Origin: Octopus sinensis
Taxonomy: Eukaryota
Length of the DNA: 64,000 nucleotides
Reading direction: 5' to 3'
NCBI RefSeq assembly: GCF_006345805.1
Contig: NW_021833065.1
Span: 496,001-560,000, forward strand
Shown: piece by piece, positions 45,085-56,440 of the stretch
Layout: every line of letters begins with the position of its first letter
How positions within the stretch are numbered: the first letter of the stretch is position 1
Made by a program: the position numbers and the translations under genes
Notes under the pieces: generated by a model
Database searches by the model: none
Told to the model about the DNA's origin: nothing
What the model saw: the letters and a program-made list of their open reading frames with translations, nothing else

Positions 45085-45900
45085 TATGTATGCATGGTAG
45101 TATAGTTTACTTTGCAACCATGTAGTTCTGAGTTCAACCCTTATTGTAGGGTATGTTTGACAAATATTGGATCTTTACCGTTTGAACTACAGATTTAAAA
45201 AATAATTTTTTGTAACTAAACACTTTCAAACTTCGGACACTGGTAGAATGTGTCATATAAAACATCTTTTAGCATTTTTGAGAAAAACTTATATTTACAA
45301 AGTTATTTCACATTAAAGTTGTCCTATTTCGGTAATTTCAACCAATCAATGACGTGTATTCAGCTGAATAAAATTACTGCTGTTGTTTGTCAACAAGAAC
45401 TTCCGGCAGTGTATATTTCGTTTGTCACTGTTATTTATGACAACCTTAACCCCAACCCTAATCCTAAAACCCTAACCCTAACCTTAAAACTCTAACCCTA
45501 ACACTCTAACCCGAAAACCCTAACCCTAAAACCTTAAAGCTAAAACCAGTACAAACGCACGACTGATGTCATAAATAACAGTGACAAACAAAAAATTCAC
45601 CGCTGATAGTTGTTGACAAATAACGGCAAGTAATTTTATTCAGCTGACTACACATCATTGATTGGTTGAAATTACCGAAATACGAGAACTTTAACATGAA
45701 ATAACTTCGTAAATATGTTTTTCTCAAAAATGCTAAGAGTAAAAGATGTTTTATGTGACACATTCTACCAGTGTCCGAAGTTTAAAGTGTTTAGTTACAA
45801 AAAATTATTTTTTAAATCTGTAGGTCAAAAGGTAAAGATCCCAAATATTTTCTTAGACTGAGTTGGGCTGGTAAGTGGAATCTGCCAGACAAGCTGTAAC
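45085..45900 (+). mobile_element. Decayed SINE family D split by a MITE
   Basis: Head (caaccatgtagttctgagttcaa..tttgacaaat) left of 45169; resumes as tttcttagact..taagtggaatct right of 45841. Confidence 0.55.
45169..45841. mobile_element. Merlin-like fold-back MITE with central telomere-like array
   Basis: TIR GGATCTTTACC..; about 270-bp arms; perfect 8-bp TSD CAAATATT (45161-45168, 45842-45849); (TAACCC)-like array at about 45442-45540. Confidence 0.92.
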
Positions 45901-46539
45901 CCCACTTCCCGAAAAAACTCCCAAAAAAACACACTATATTGTGTTTGTGTGTGTGTATATGTTTGTCCTTGTTTACAACAATGTTAAAATCGATGCTATG
46001 TTGTATTTCTTTATGCCTTACACTTTAGTAGTTCAATGGGACTACCTGAGGCATGTTATTTGGTTAGGGGCTATATGATTGACTACACACTTGAAGGTGC
46101 TGCACTGTATGTCTGCAGCCCAATGACTAAAACCAGTAAAACAATAATAATATAAAATGGAAAAAAAACTAACACAAATTACTACAATAATGTAAATGAG
46201 AAAATAAGAGAGTGAGAGAGAGAGGCAATGAAAAAGGTGGAGGGAAAATAAATATCTTTATGTCTTCATACTCTTTACTCATTTGTTTTTTTTTTTGTTT
46301 CCTTTTGCTTAACTTAATTGGAAGACTGCAATCATCTTTGTGTGTGTGAGTTTGTATGTGTTTGAACTATACATAAAAGTACATTTGGTTTATAAAAAGT
46401 AAAAGAGTCCAATAGATAAAAACACAGAAAGTATGTTGCTGTTTATTAGTTGGCACTACCTAGGCGTTACTCAGAGTCCTAGAGTTTCGTTTCCTAATAC
46501 TTTTCAAATGAAACACAAGCACTTATATATATAAAATGT

Positions 46540-47031
46540 ATGTATGTATGTGTGTATGTATGTATGTAGTATGTATGTATGTATGTATGTATGTATGTAT
46601 GTATGTATGTATGTGTATACATATATACACAAGGATAAATGTATATATGTGTGTGTGTATGTATGCATATATGTGTATAAATATATATATATACATGGAC
46701 ATGTGTGCATATATATATATATATATGTCAGTATATATATATGTGTGTATGTATAAATGTGTGAATATTCCTATACATACCTAAGTATATATATATGCAA
46801 ATATATAGGTGTGTGTGAATTTATGTCTATATGTGTGCATGGATTGTCTATTTACATATAAATATTCATGTATATACATGTGTGTATGTGTATGCGGTTG
46901 TATGTATGTGTATATGTGTGTGTGTGAGTATGTATATATATATATATAGATGAATTGAAATTTGACGTTCATACAAACATAATAAATATATACTTATATA
47001 CATATACTTACACACACACACACACACAGAG

Positions 47032-47064
<33 letters not shown>

Positions 47065-47095
47065 TATGTACACATATATATACACACACACACAG
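46540..47095. repeat. Compound (TATG)n/(TA)n/(TG)n/(CA)n microsatellite field
   Basis: Direct inspection; source of many spurious ORFs. Confidence 0.95.
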
Positions 47096-47819
47096 ATGAA
47101 CGTCGAATTTCAATTCAAGTATCTATATACTACGCTGATAAGATCAATTTTCTATGAAATAAGCCGCTTATTTCTTCAAAGTGTACCCCCGACCTTTTCG
47201 TAGAGATTCCTTTACAATTGTTGTTGTTTTTTTCTTCTCTTCATTCATTAAGAATTTTTCTCGTGCGTCACTCAGAAAACACCACCTATCTGAATTACAT
47301 ATGGTAAATGTAGTTGTGTTGTATATATTTTCCCATAATGGTTTCTTCCAGTTCAATAGAACTTTAAAGTAACGAGGTAAAATATACGTGAATAACAAAA
47401 GTGCAGTTCCTCGGCTGTCGCTAAACTTCACAAGTACATTTAGCCAAATTTATAGTGATTTTTCGTTTTTAAAAGTGCAAACCACTCTCGGTTTGGGCTG
47501 TTCCCATTTTCGCATCCATTCACCTAATTAATCAGTTGGACTCGTCCCGATTTATAAATAAGAAGTATTAGGCGAGTCTATTTTATCGTTTTTCTAGTAT
47601 AGTATCTTTAGTATCTTATCAAATATTTGTTTTTATTATGTTGAAGCTTTCCGATTTTGACAGATGTGATTGTTGTTGTTCCCGTCGTTGTCGTCATCGT
47701 TGTGTATATGTGGGGGAGTTGTTGATTTCGTTACTGAGATAAATGTTGTAACAACTTGTATTATTTGCTGCTGCTGTTATACTTATAGCTACCGTTATCG
47801 AGTATCTGTACGCAGCGTC

Positions 47820-47995
47820 GGAAAAGTGCCTTGCGGTGTTTGTTCAGGCTCTGAGTTCAAATCTTGCCGAAGTCAACTTTGCCTTTCATCCTTTCAGGGT
47901 CGATAAAATAAAATAAAATATCACTGCTATTTCTTTATTAGCCACAAGGGCTCAAAATAGAGGAGGGGGGGGGGACAAACAAGGACCGACAGGAC
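47820..47995. mobile_element. Two SINE family A pieces in opposite orientation
   Basis: + strand core 47820-47912 abuts - strand tail 47928-47995. Confidence 0.7.
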
Positions 47996-48168
47996 ACCAC
48001 AGAGGGGACAATACCTAAAACGAATATGAATGAGATGATTATATAACAATGAGGTTATGAATGGCTGCATGCGCCCCTCATCACATGCAGTACCATTAAC
48101 CTTTTTTTACAGTCCATTTTTATCAACAGTTAATTATAGTGTTACATACCTTGCAAGAATTTGAACCG

Positions 48169-48391
48169 TTACTCTTTTACTCTTTTACTTGTTTCAGTCA
48201 TTTGACTGCAGCCATGCTGGAGCACCGCCTTTAATCGAGCAACTCGATCCCGGGACTTATTCTTTTTGTAAGCCCAGTACTTATATTATCGGTCTCTTTT
48301 GCCGAACCGCTAAGTAACGGGGACATAAGCACACCAGCATCGGTTGTCAAGCAATGCTAGGGGGACAAACGCAGACACACAAACACACACA

Positions 48392-48445
<54 letters not shown>

Positions 48446-48616
48446 ATATATACATATATACGACGGGCTTCTTTTCAGTTTCCGTCTACCAAATCCACTC
48501 ACAAGGCATTGGTCGGCCCGAGGCTATAGTAGATGACACTTGCCCAAGGTGCCACGCAGTGGGACTGAACCCGGAACGATGTGGTTGGTAAACAAGCTAC
48601 TTACCACACAGCCACG
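48169..48616 (-). mobile_element. SINE family D with expanded internal (TA)n
   Basis: Reverse complement of 14427-14801; (TAAAAGAG)n tail. Confidence 0.93.
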
Positions 48617-48993
48617 TTATATACATTATATACATCATATACATTATATACATTATCTACAAATGTTCTTCTATTTTTCAATATTTAAAAAAAAACTAAA
48701 CATAAAACACCTGACTCTTTTTTTATTCTTTTTTTTCTCCTTTTTCTCCCCCCCCCATCCTTTTCAGTGCATTAACTGGTATGTATGTGATAGACTGAGC
48801 CCCTCTCGCCCCAACATAGCTGACCTTGTGCCCAAATCAAAAACCAGCATTTCTTCATAAACGCCATCGCCGTTTTCATTATAGTTGTGTTGTTGCTTTA
48901 CTTTCAATATTATCAAAAATGCTGTTATGTTATTAACAATTAACCCTACCTCTTTATTCGAACTGCGTGCCTGTTATTATTATTTATTAGTTA

Positions 48994-49387
48994 CTAGCAG
49001 TATCGCTCGGCGTTGCTCGGGTTTGTAAGGGAAATAACTATATAAGCATTTTTAGAGAGTTATAGCCAAAATATAGCAAAAAAATGCATTGAAAATGGAA
49101 AAAAAATGATGGTAATTTTTTTTTAATCGTTGACTCATCGTAGACATTTTTAGAGAGTTACTTCCCTTATATAATAGGGAAAAAATGCATTAAAATGGAA
49201 AAAAATGATGGTAATTTTTTTTAAATCGTAGACTCATCGTAGACGCGCGCTAATACCCAGACGGGCTCGATATGAATCACGACTATAAGATATCCGGTTT
49301 TGGTTAAACTGCACCGCAAAATGTGGGAGTAGTTGGGAATCTAAATCGTAGGAGACAGACACACAACCTTACTTTTATATATAAAGA
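48994..49387 (-). mobile_element. Non-autonomous Helitron, family 1
   Basis: A|TC...CTAG|T on the minus strand with 3' hairpin; near-identical to 6488-6885. Confidence 0.9.
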
Positions 49388-51045
49388 TTATTATTATTAT
49401 TATTATTATTCAGTAGTTTTATTTTTATAGCGTGCTTTCACTTCACTACCGAGCGCAGCTCTGTGTGCCTTGGGTATGTGCTGTGATTTGTTGTGATGCT
49501 CTGATGGTTATTGTATGGAAAGTGTTCTGCGTAGGATGTGTGCAGTGCCTAGTAGTGCAATTTTCTGTATGTTATATGTGTTTGTAAGTCCTGGTGTTTT
49601 TGTTATGTATTTGTCTGAATATTTTTTTATCATGCCTAATGCACCTACTATGATAGGAATTGTTTCTGTTTTTAGGTTCCACATTCTAGTTACCTCTATT
49701 TCCAGGTCTTTGTATTTTGAGAGTTTCTCCATTTCTTTTAGAGACACGTTGTCATCTGCCGGTATTGATACATCAATTAGAAAGCATTTTTTTTCTTCAT
49801 GATCTCTGACAACTATATCTGGTCTGTTGGCCTTAATTTCTCTATCTGTGTGTATCGGCATATCCCAGAGTATGGTTGCTTTCTCGTTTTCTGTGACCTT
49901 TTCTGGTGTGTGCCTATACCATCTTTTTTCTGTTGTTATTCCATAATGTTGGCATAGCTTCCAATGTATGTAGGTTCCAACTCTGTCATGTCTGTGAATA
50001 TATTCCTTCTTAGCCAGGACTGGGCAGCTAGAGATAATATGATTTATTGTTTCTTGTCCATCTCCACATATTCTGCAGTTACTTGTAATATTTCTTTTCA
50101 TTACATGTTTTTGGTAATTTCTGGTGGGGAGGCTTTGGTCTTGTGCTGCAATTAAAAATCCCCCTGTTTCTGCTTTGAGTCCTGAGCTTCTCAACCATTG
50201 TTGGGATTTTTCTTTGTCTATTTCTTTTGCGTTTAGTTTAGTGCAGTATTACCATGAAGGGGCTTTTCTTGCCATCGTTTTATCATGGCTCGTTGCTGTT
50301 CTATTTTTAGTTTGGATTTCATTTGTTTTATAGCTTTTGTTGTTTCTTCATCATCTTCTTCTTCTTCTTTGTGTTTATTAGGTGGTATGATTTCTTGTTT
50401 GTATTTGTCAGCTTCCTTAAATACTGAGAACAGTTTTTTGTTTTGCTCGTGTTTTGCTGCTATCTGGATCAGTTTTCCTTCCTTCTGAAGTAGGTATTTT
50501 TGCAGTCCTATGGTGGTTATTTTATAGTAGTTTTCCAGCTGTATAAGGCCTCTACCACCTTCTATACGTTGTATATATAGTCTTTCTATGTCAGATTTTG
50601 GGTGATGCATCCTAGATCCTGTCAGTATTTTTCTTGTTTTCCTATCTATTTTGGACAGTTCATTTCGTGTCCAGTTAAGGATATTGTAGCTGTAACTTAT
50701 AACTGGGACAGCTAAAGTGCTGATACCTATTATCTTGTTTTTAGCATTGAGCTCTGTTTTTAGTATTGATCTAACTCGTCTATACTATTCTTTTTTTATT
50801 TTCTCTTTCATTTGTGTGTGTTGTGTCTTATCTAGTTCATGGATTCCTAAGTATTTGTAAGTTTGGCTTTGGTCTAATTCTTTTATTTCATTGGTTTTAT
50901 CTAGTGTGATGTTGTTACTCTTAACTAGTTTTCCTCTTTTCATGGTTACTTTGGCGCATTTTTCTAATCCAAATTTCATATCTATTTCTTTGGTAAATCC
51001 ATGAACTGTCTTTAATAGTGTTTCCAGCTGTTTGTCATTTGCAGC

Positions 51046-51046
<1 letters not shown>
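49388..51046 (-). mobile_element. 5'-truncated R4/Dong-like non-LTR retrotransposon (RT C-half, CCHC, restriction-like endonuclease)
   Basis: KFGLEKC..YKYLG; HHPKSDIERLYIQRIEGGRGL; CRICGDGQETINHIISSC; RPDIV..LIDVSIPAD..EKLSKY; only one stop (about 50785) and one frameshift (about 50245); (TAA)n tail. Confidence 0.95.
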
Positions 51047-51129
<83 letters not shown>

Positions 51130-51175
51130 ATATTATTTATTATTATTTATTAGTTATTTATTTGTTAGTTATTAT
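51047..51175. repeat. (TTA)n microsatellite
   Basis: About 80 bp perfect, then degenerate. Confidence 0.95.
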
Positions 51176-51185
51176 TTAACCCCTA

Positions 51186-51810
51186 AAAGGCAGCGAGCAG
51201 GCAGAATCGTTAGCGCGTCGGACAAATGCTTAGCGACATTTGGATCTTTTCGGTTTGAACGGCAGTTTTTTTCCAGCGGTATCATATGAAATTGTCACCC
51301 ATAATTATGACCTAATATCGATCTATTGCATTTCAATCTGTTTTAGGGTTAGGGTTAGGGGTGGGGGGAAGGGTATCTGTTTTTCTTCACAAATGTAAAT
51401 AAACCCAATCTGTTTCTTAAACGAGGGACATATTCATACAACACAAAATGTTTTTTTTTACCTCAATAGACGATACTGATTGGTTGAAATTGCAGAAATT
51501 GAAGAAAAAAAACAACAACGAATATCTTACAAACTATAGAATTTTCTCAATAAAGCCAAGAGAAAAAGATGTTTTATAAACACATTCTACCAGTATACGA
51601 AGTTTAAAATTTTTTAGTTACCTAGAAATTATGTTAAAAACTGCCGTTCAAACCGAAAAGATCCGGCATTTCTTCTGATTCTTTACTTTCTGAGTTCAAA
51701 TACCTCCGAGGTCCATTCAGGGTCGATGAAATAAAGTACCAGTTAAGAAATGAGCGGATGTAACCGACTAGGTCCCGCTTTCTAACTTTCAAGCCTTGTG
51801 CAGAAATGAT
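51186..51810 (+). mobile_element. SINE family A split by a MITE
   Basis: Head to gcttagcgacattt at 51241; resumes ggcatttcttc at 51665. Confidence 0.85.
51242..51664. mobile_element. Merlin-like MITE with (TTAGGG) tract
   Basis: Perfect 29-bp TIR GGATCTTTTCGGTTTGAACGGCAGTTTTT; duplicated target g(a/g)cattt; right arm near-identical to the right arm of 29153-29884. Confidence 0.9.
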
Positions 51811-51816
51811 TATTAG

Positions 51817-52028
51817 AAGGCGGCAAGTTGGAAGAATCGTTAGCACGCTAGACAAATTGCTTAGATGAATTTTCCGGCCTTACGTTTGGAGTTCAAATTC
51901 CACCAACCGTCGACTTTGTTTTTCATCGTTTCGGGAGTCAATAAAATAAGTACCAATTGAGCAATGGGGTCGATGTAATCAGCTCTCTGCCTCAAAATTA
52001 CTGCCTTGTGTGCCAAAATTAGAACGAA
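51817..52028 (+). mobile_element. SINE family A
   Basis: Head, core and gccaaaattagaa tail. Confidence 0.85.
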
Positions 52029-52239
52029 TAATTTAGCCCCAAATCATCTCTGATCGAGGATACCTATCATCAAAAATATTCCAGCTGTGGCTACCCTGCC
52101 TTACTTGCCAGACAGTGTATTGAGGATATTTAAAAAAGACATTAGGGTGTTACTTTTGGGGAGATTTGGTGGCTAATTTTAACTGTGTTGCTTTATATGA
52201 CAAAATTTGTGCTTTTGTAATCATTATTTTAAACCCATT

Positions 52240-52420
52240 GAAGGCGATGAACTGGCAGAACCGTTATTGCGCCGGGCAAAATGCTTAGCGGCCGAGGTCG
52301 ACTTTGCCTTTCATCCTTTCGGGATCGATAAAATAAGTACTAGTTGAGCACTGAGGTCAATGTAATCGACTTAACCCCACCTCTCCAAAATTACTCCCTG
52401 TGCTAAAATTTGAAATCAAT
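52240..52420 (+). mobile_element. SINE family A with internal deletion
   Basis: gcttagcgg joined directly to ccgaggtcgac; B-box segment absent. Confidence 0.85.
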
Positions 52421-52500
52421 ATTTTCACCTGATTTATTAACCATCAGTGGAATGGACAATTGTATGTAACCTGTGGCTTTACGCTAAATGTGTGAAGATG

Positions 52501-52620
52501 CATAACCTAGTGGTTAGAGTATTCAGCTCATGATCATTGGTTCAGTTCCTGGAAAGAACGGTGCGTTGTGTCCTTGAGCAACGGACTTCATGATACTCTG
52601 CTCTACTCATCTGCAAAGAG
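52501..52620 (+). mobile_element. SINE family E (tRNA head plus CORE-like gtgtccttgagcaa)
   Basis: cctagtggttagag..ggttcagttcctgg..gttgtgtccttgagcaa. Confidence 0.65.
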
Positions 52621-52985
52621 CACCAGACTGGTTCTGGTACAGCCGCCTCTCCTCGCTGGATGATCCGCTGGGTCCAGAGTGGGAGGGCCGAGAGGAGTCT
52701 GCTCTTGACTAAATAAGCACCTAAATCAATTAGTGAAAGTATGGCGCATGTTACTAAGCCATGCATGCTCGCGAGTGACGGAAATTCGTCACCTTTAAAG
52801 AATTCAGCGAAAGAAATGGTTTTGTACTTGACATCAGCAAAACATTTGGTCGTGTCCAGTACGAGAATTTCTGAGCTAAACTACCCATTTGTAGGTTTCA
52901 TCCACCTTTCCCAGGGGCGAATCTAGGATGGGTGGGTACCGAGGGCACGGGCTCCCCGCAAGAAAAGAAGTGCGCCTTTCCAAAT

Positions 52986-53134
52986 AATATAAGGTTGTCC
53001 CAAAAGTTCGTAGAAAGTCTTGGAAAATAATGGTCTTTATTTTGAGGAATAATTTTTGTTGTTTTTATTAGTACTTGGCGAGTAAAAATTCAATTTTCGC
53101 AAGTGTTTACGAACTTTTGGGACAACCTAATATT
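52986..53134. mobile_element. Mariner-like MITE
   Basis: Perfect 21-bp TIR AGGTTGTCCCAAAAGTTCGTA (52992-53012, 53108-53128), TA-flanked. Confidence 0.85.
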
Positions 53135-53519
53135 ATTACACAATTTTCTCCTGGTATTGTAACCCCTTTCTGACTTGTGCCCTTCCTTCGAAAAATTCCT
53201 GGGACCGCGCCTGTTTCATCTCTTTGAGTTGAAACGTCTTCCCTAATCATACTCTATAGCAGCGGTTCACAACTGGAATTCATAAAGATTTTGTTGTTAA
53301 AATTTATCTGCAATAAAATGGCTGTATTTCTACAGTATACAAAATATTTTAACAACTTTGTTTATATAATTCTTAATATTTAAAAATATATTAGGTTATT
53401 TTAGACATCGAATGGCAATGGTGGTGGTGGTGGTGGTGGGGAAGTAAAACATGAATCAAAAGCGTCCACAGGTAAAAAAAATGGTTGAAAAACACTAATC
53501 TATAGTAACTATAGTGTGA

Positions 53520-53631
53520 TGACAGGGGTCTGTGCCTGTCTGTCTGCCTGTCTGTGTCTGTCTGTGTCTGTCTGTCTGCCTGCTTGCCTGTCTGTCTGTT
53601 TGTCTGTCCGTTCGTCTGTCTTTCTTTTACC

Positions 53632-53683
<52 letters not shown>

Positions 53684-53690
53684 AGCGCTG
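53520..53690. repeat. (TGTC)n plus (CA)n microsatellite
   Basis: Direct inspection. Confidence 0.9.
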
Positions 53691-53917
53691 ATGTTTGATT
53701 TGAAACAAACGCCAATATTTCTCGTCGAATAATGTCCTCCAAAATTCACACAGAAATCCAAAACCCTCTCGGTATAATACATGAAGAAAAACATCCCGAG
53801 TCAGCGGTATCCTTGGGGTAAAACAAGGAAGATAAAAAAAAAAATGGCTATTGAGAGTTAAAATGGAGTGATGAACTATCCTCTTCTCTCTCTGCAGTAC
53901 ACTAATCTTTTCTCCTC

Positions 53918-53977
53918 CCGACCAATGCCTTGTAAGTGAATTCGGTAGATGGAAACTGTGTGGAAGCCAGGCACGCG

Positions 53978-54010
<33 letters not shown>

Positions 54011-54125
54011 ATATTTGTGTTTCCTTCCCAACACGTTGCAACTGATGTTTGTTTACATCCCTCTGATCAAGCGGTTCAGCAAAGAAATCGATGAAATAAG
54101 TACCAGACTTAAAAAATACGCACTG
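53918..54125 (+). mobile_element. SINE family D body with (TG)n
   Basis: ccgaccaatgccttgtaagtgaattcggtagatggaaact..aagcggttcagcaaag..aaataagtacc. Confidence 0.75.
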
Positions 54126-54149
54126 GATTGTTTATGGAAGGTTGTTTAT

Positions 54150-54360
54150 GGAAGACCAGCAGCCTCCCCTCTCCATGCCACCAATATCATCATCCAAGGG
54201 AAAGGCAAAGGCGGATACAGCTTGGCACCAGCGATGTCGTAACTTATTTCTACAGCTGAATGAACTGGAGCAACGTGAAATAAAGTGTTTTGCTCAAGAA
54301 CACAACACACAACCCAGTCTGGGATTTGAACTCACTACCTCATGATTATGAGTCCGAAGT
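54150..54360 (-). mobile_element. SINE family E, head truncated
   Basis: Reverse complement: ggactcataatcatgagg..gagttcaaatccc..gttgtgttcttgagcaaaacac. Confidence 0.7.
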
Positions 54361-54364
54361 TCTG

Positions 54365-54792
54365 TGACATAAAACTGACTGAGCTCCGATCAGTTGGCTG
54401 ACTTAAAGCGTAAAATTGTCCGGTGGAAGTGGGGTGCTGAGTTGTATGTTATTGTGCGTTGGGCAGTTGCAATGGGACAGTGGTTGGACGATCTGTTAGA
54501 GGGAGAAACGGTCACGGTGAGAAAGAAATCAAGTATGAGCGTGGCGTTCTGTGTATCAGTCTGGAGTGGAGTCTGAGTAGATCAAACATGTTGGTACAAT
54601 GAGTTGAGAACAGCGAAAGATTCGGCTTCTGCACCGACAACACCAGTGTAGGGTCAGTGTGAGAATGATGAGATGTGAACATTGAAGTCACTAAGGATGA
54701 TGACTTCGGAGAAAGGAGAAGTAAAATAGATGTTCTCAGGAGGAGAAAAGACCAGAGTATTATTGGTGGTTGGAGACGTTCGGAGAGCGAGG

Positions 54793-54874
<82 letters not shown>

Positions 54875-55445
54875 AGATGTGATTGGAGAAACGAGTGAAG
54901 AGACTTCGTGCTAGAGAAGTTATAAGTCGTTATAGCTGAAATCCAGGTTAGAGAAATAGATCGGGAGAGTAGCGTTTGCTTATGTCAGACATCATTTGTT
55001 GGAGTGAAATTTGAGGAGAAAGCATATCCTGGATGGCAGAGATGAGTAGTAGATGGAGGTTGAGAAATTTGCGCCCCAAAAAGAAATAAGAAATGTGGTT
55101 GGTTGTAAGATGTGACGAGTAGGGAGTAGTTTGGAGAGAAGTCCCCGGATGTTTGAAAAGAGGATGGAAAATTGGCCAAGGGGTTTGGAGTTATTGTTTT
55201 TTTGCACTGATGAAAGTGTTGAGTGCGATGTTACGTAGAATGGTCGGAAAATCTCTCGAGTTGGAGACCTAGTCCGAATACAAAAAGCATACAAGGTTCA
55301 TATAGTCGCGTAGTGCGCCTATTCCAGTAGGCGAACCAAAAAAGAGGATCTTCTCTGCCCAGTAGAAAGGATTTACATTCGGATGAACAATACGAAAATA
55401 AGGAGAAAAAGTGAATCTCTAAGTCCCAAAACCCTAAGACCTTAA
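54365..55445 (-). mobile_element. Inverted 5' part (APE endonuclease) of a CR1-type LINE, contains (GA)n
   Basis: FSNIRGL; IILSDFNVH; ILDFFLT; SSNHCPI; RFKSAN*SELSQFY on the minus strand. Confidence 0.8.
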
Positions 55446-55449
55446 GACT

Positions 55450-56408
55450 CGTAGTTGAGTTGCTGCAGTTTGGACAAAAAAATAAAGTCTACAATGCCTG
55501 GAGAATCTTACCTGATTTCCAAAACTGGGTGGCGTCCACCCAGCAACGCAATTATTTTAACATCATTATCCGAGATGCAAAAAAAAAAAAAAAAAAACCG
55601 CCTTCACGCATCACACTGCCCTTAAGCTTTTCCATCTCTCAAATTGCTGCTGATCTTTTTGGTCCCTGTCAACTTTGTGAAAACCTGTTTTCCTCCAATT
55701 TTAAACAATGATGACTATTGTAAGGAGTACTCCCAATGAAGAAAGCCTCCACCTTAGCTACCCACTTTGCATCGAACTCCATACTACATACACTTGGCCA
55801 ATCCCCTCCAAATCTCCCCCCATACCACTTCAATAGGCTCTCCACTCCACTTACACATGCCAGTTGCAGAAATACCTTCAATTGTTCCAAACAAACAAAA
55901 CCACAGGCCCTGAAAATGACTTTTTTCTTACACTCCAACACTGCGCATCAGAACTTGCTCATATACTCACCAATTACTTTTATATCTCATTCTCCACAGG
56001 GATATTACCTGACATTTGGAAACATGTCTCAGTGTATCTCATTCCAATGAAAGTCAACCCCTCTGACTCAGACAATTATCGTCATATTGCTCTTATCTCT
56101 AACATCTCTATGGTAACGAAGACGGCCATAATCAATAAAGCTCTCCAAGATCTCGAATCTCTCACTTTCTACAGTGATCACCAGTACACTGGCGACCTAA
56201 TCTCTCATGTCACTCACCAGTGGGTTTTCACCTTAGAGAAGTCCGGTAAAAGCAATATTGTTGCCCTCCACGTTAGCATAGTCTTCAACCATGTCTGGCA
56301 TGCGGGTCTCCTATCAAAACTTCCAGTGTACTGGCTCTGCCCATCTCTCAAATTTACACACACACACACACACACAACACACACACACACACAACACACA
56401 CACACACA

Positions 56409-56440
<32 letters not shown>

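Noticed and set aside
45442-45540. True telomere or chromosome-fusion scar
   Set aside because: Short, degenerate, and enclosed by MITE arms with a TSD
46504-47203. Cluster of overlapping ORFs
   Set aside because: Translations of (TATG)/(TA)/(CA) repeats
51032-51289. Poly-Leu ORF resembling a signal peptide
   Set aside because: It is the (TTA)n array
52912-53213. hAT-like element (CAGGGGCG...CGCGCCTG) around the mariner MITE
   Set aside because: TIRs only about 12 of 17 matching and no 8-bp TSD
53391-54041. 216-aa ORF
   Set aside because: Built from (CA)n, (TG)n and (GACA)n microsatellites and SINE sequence; no domain
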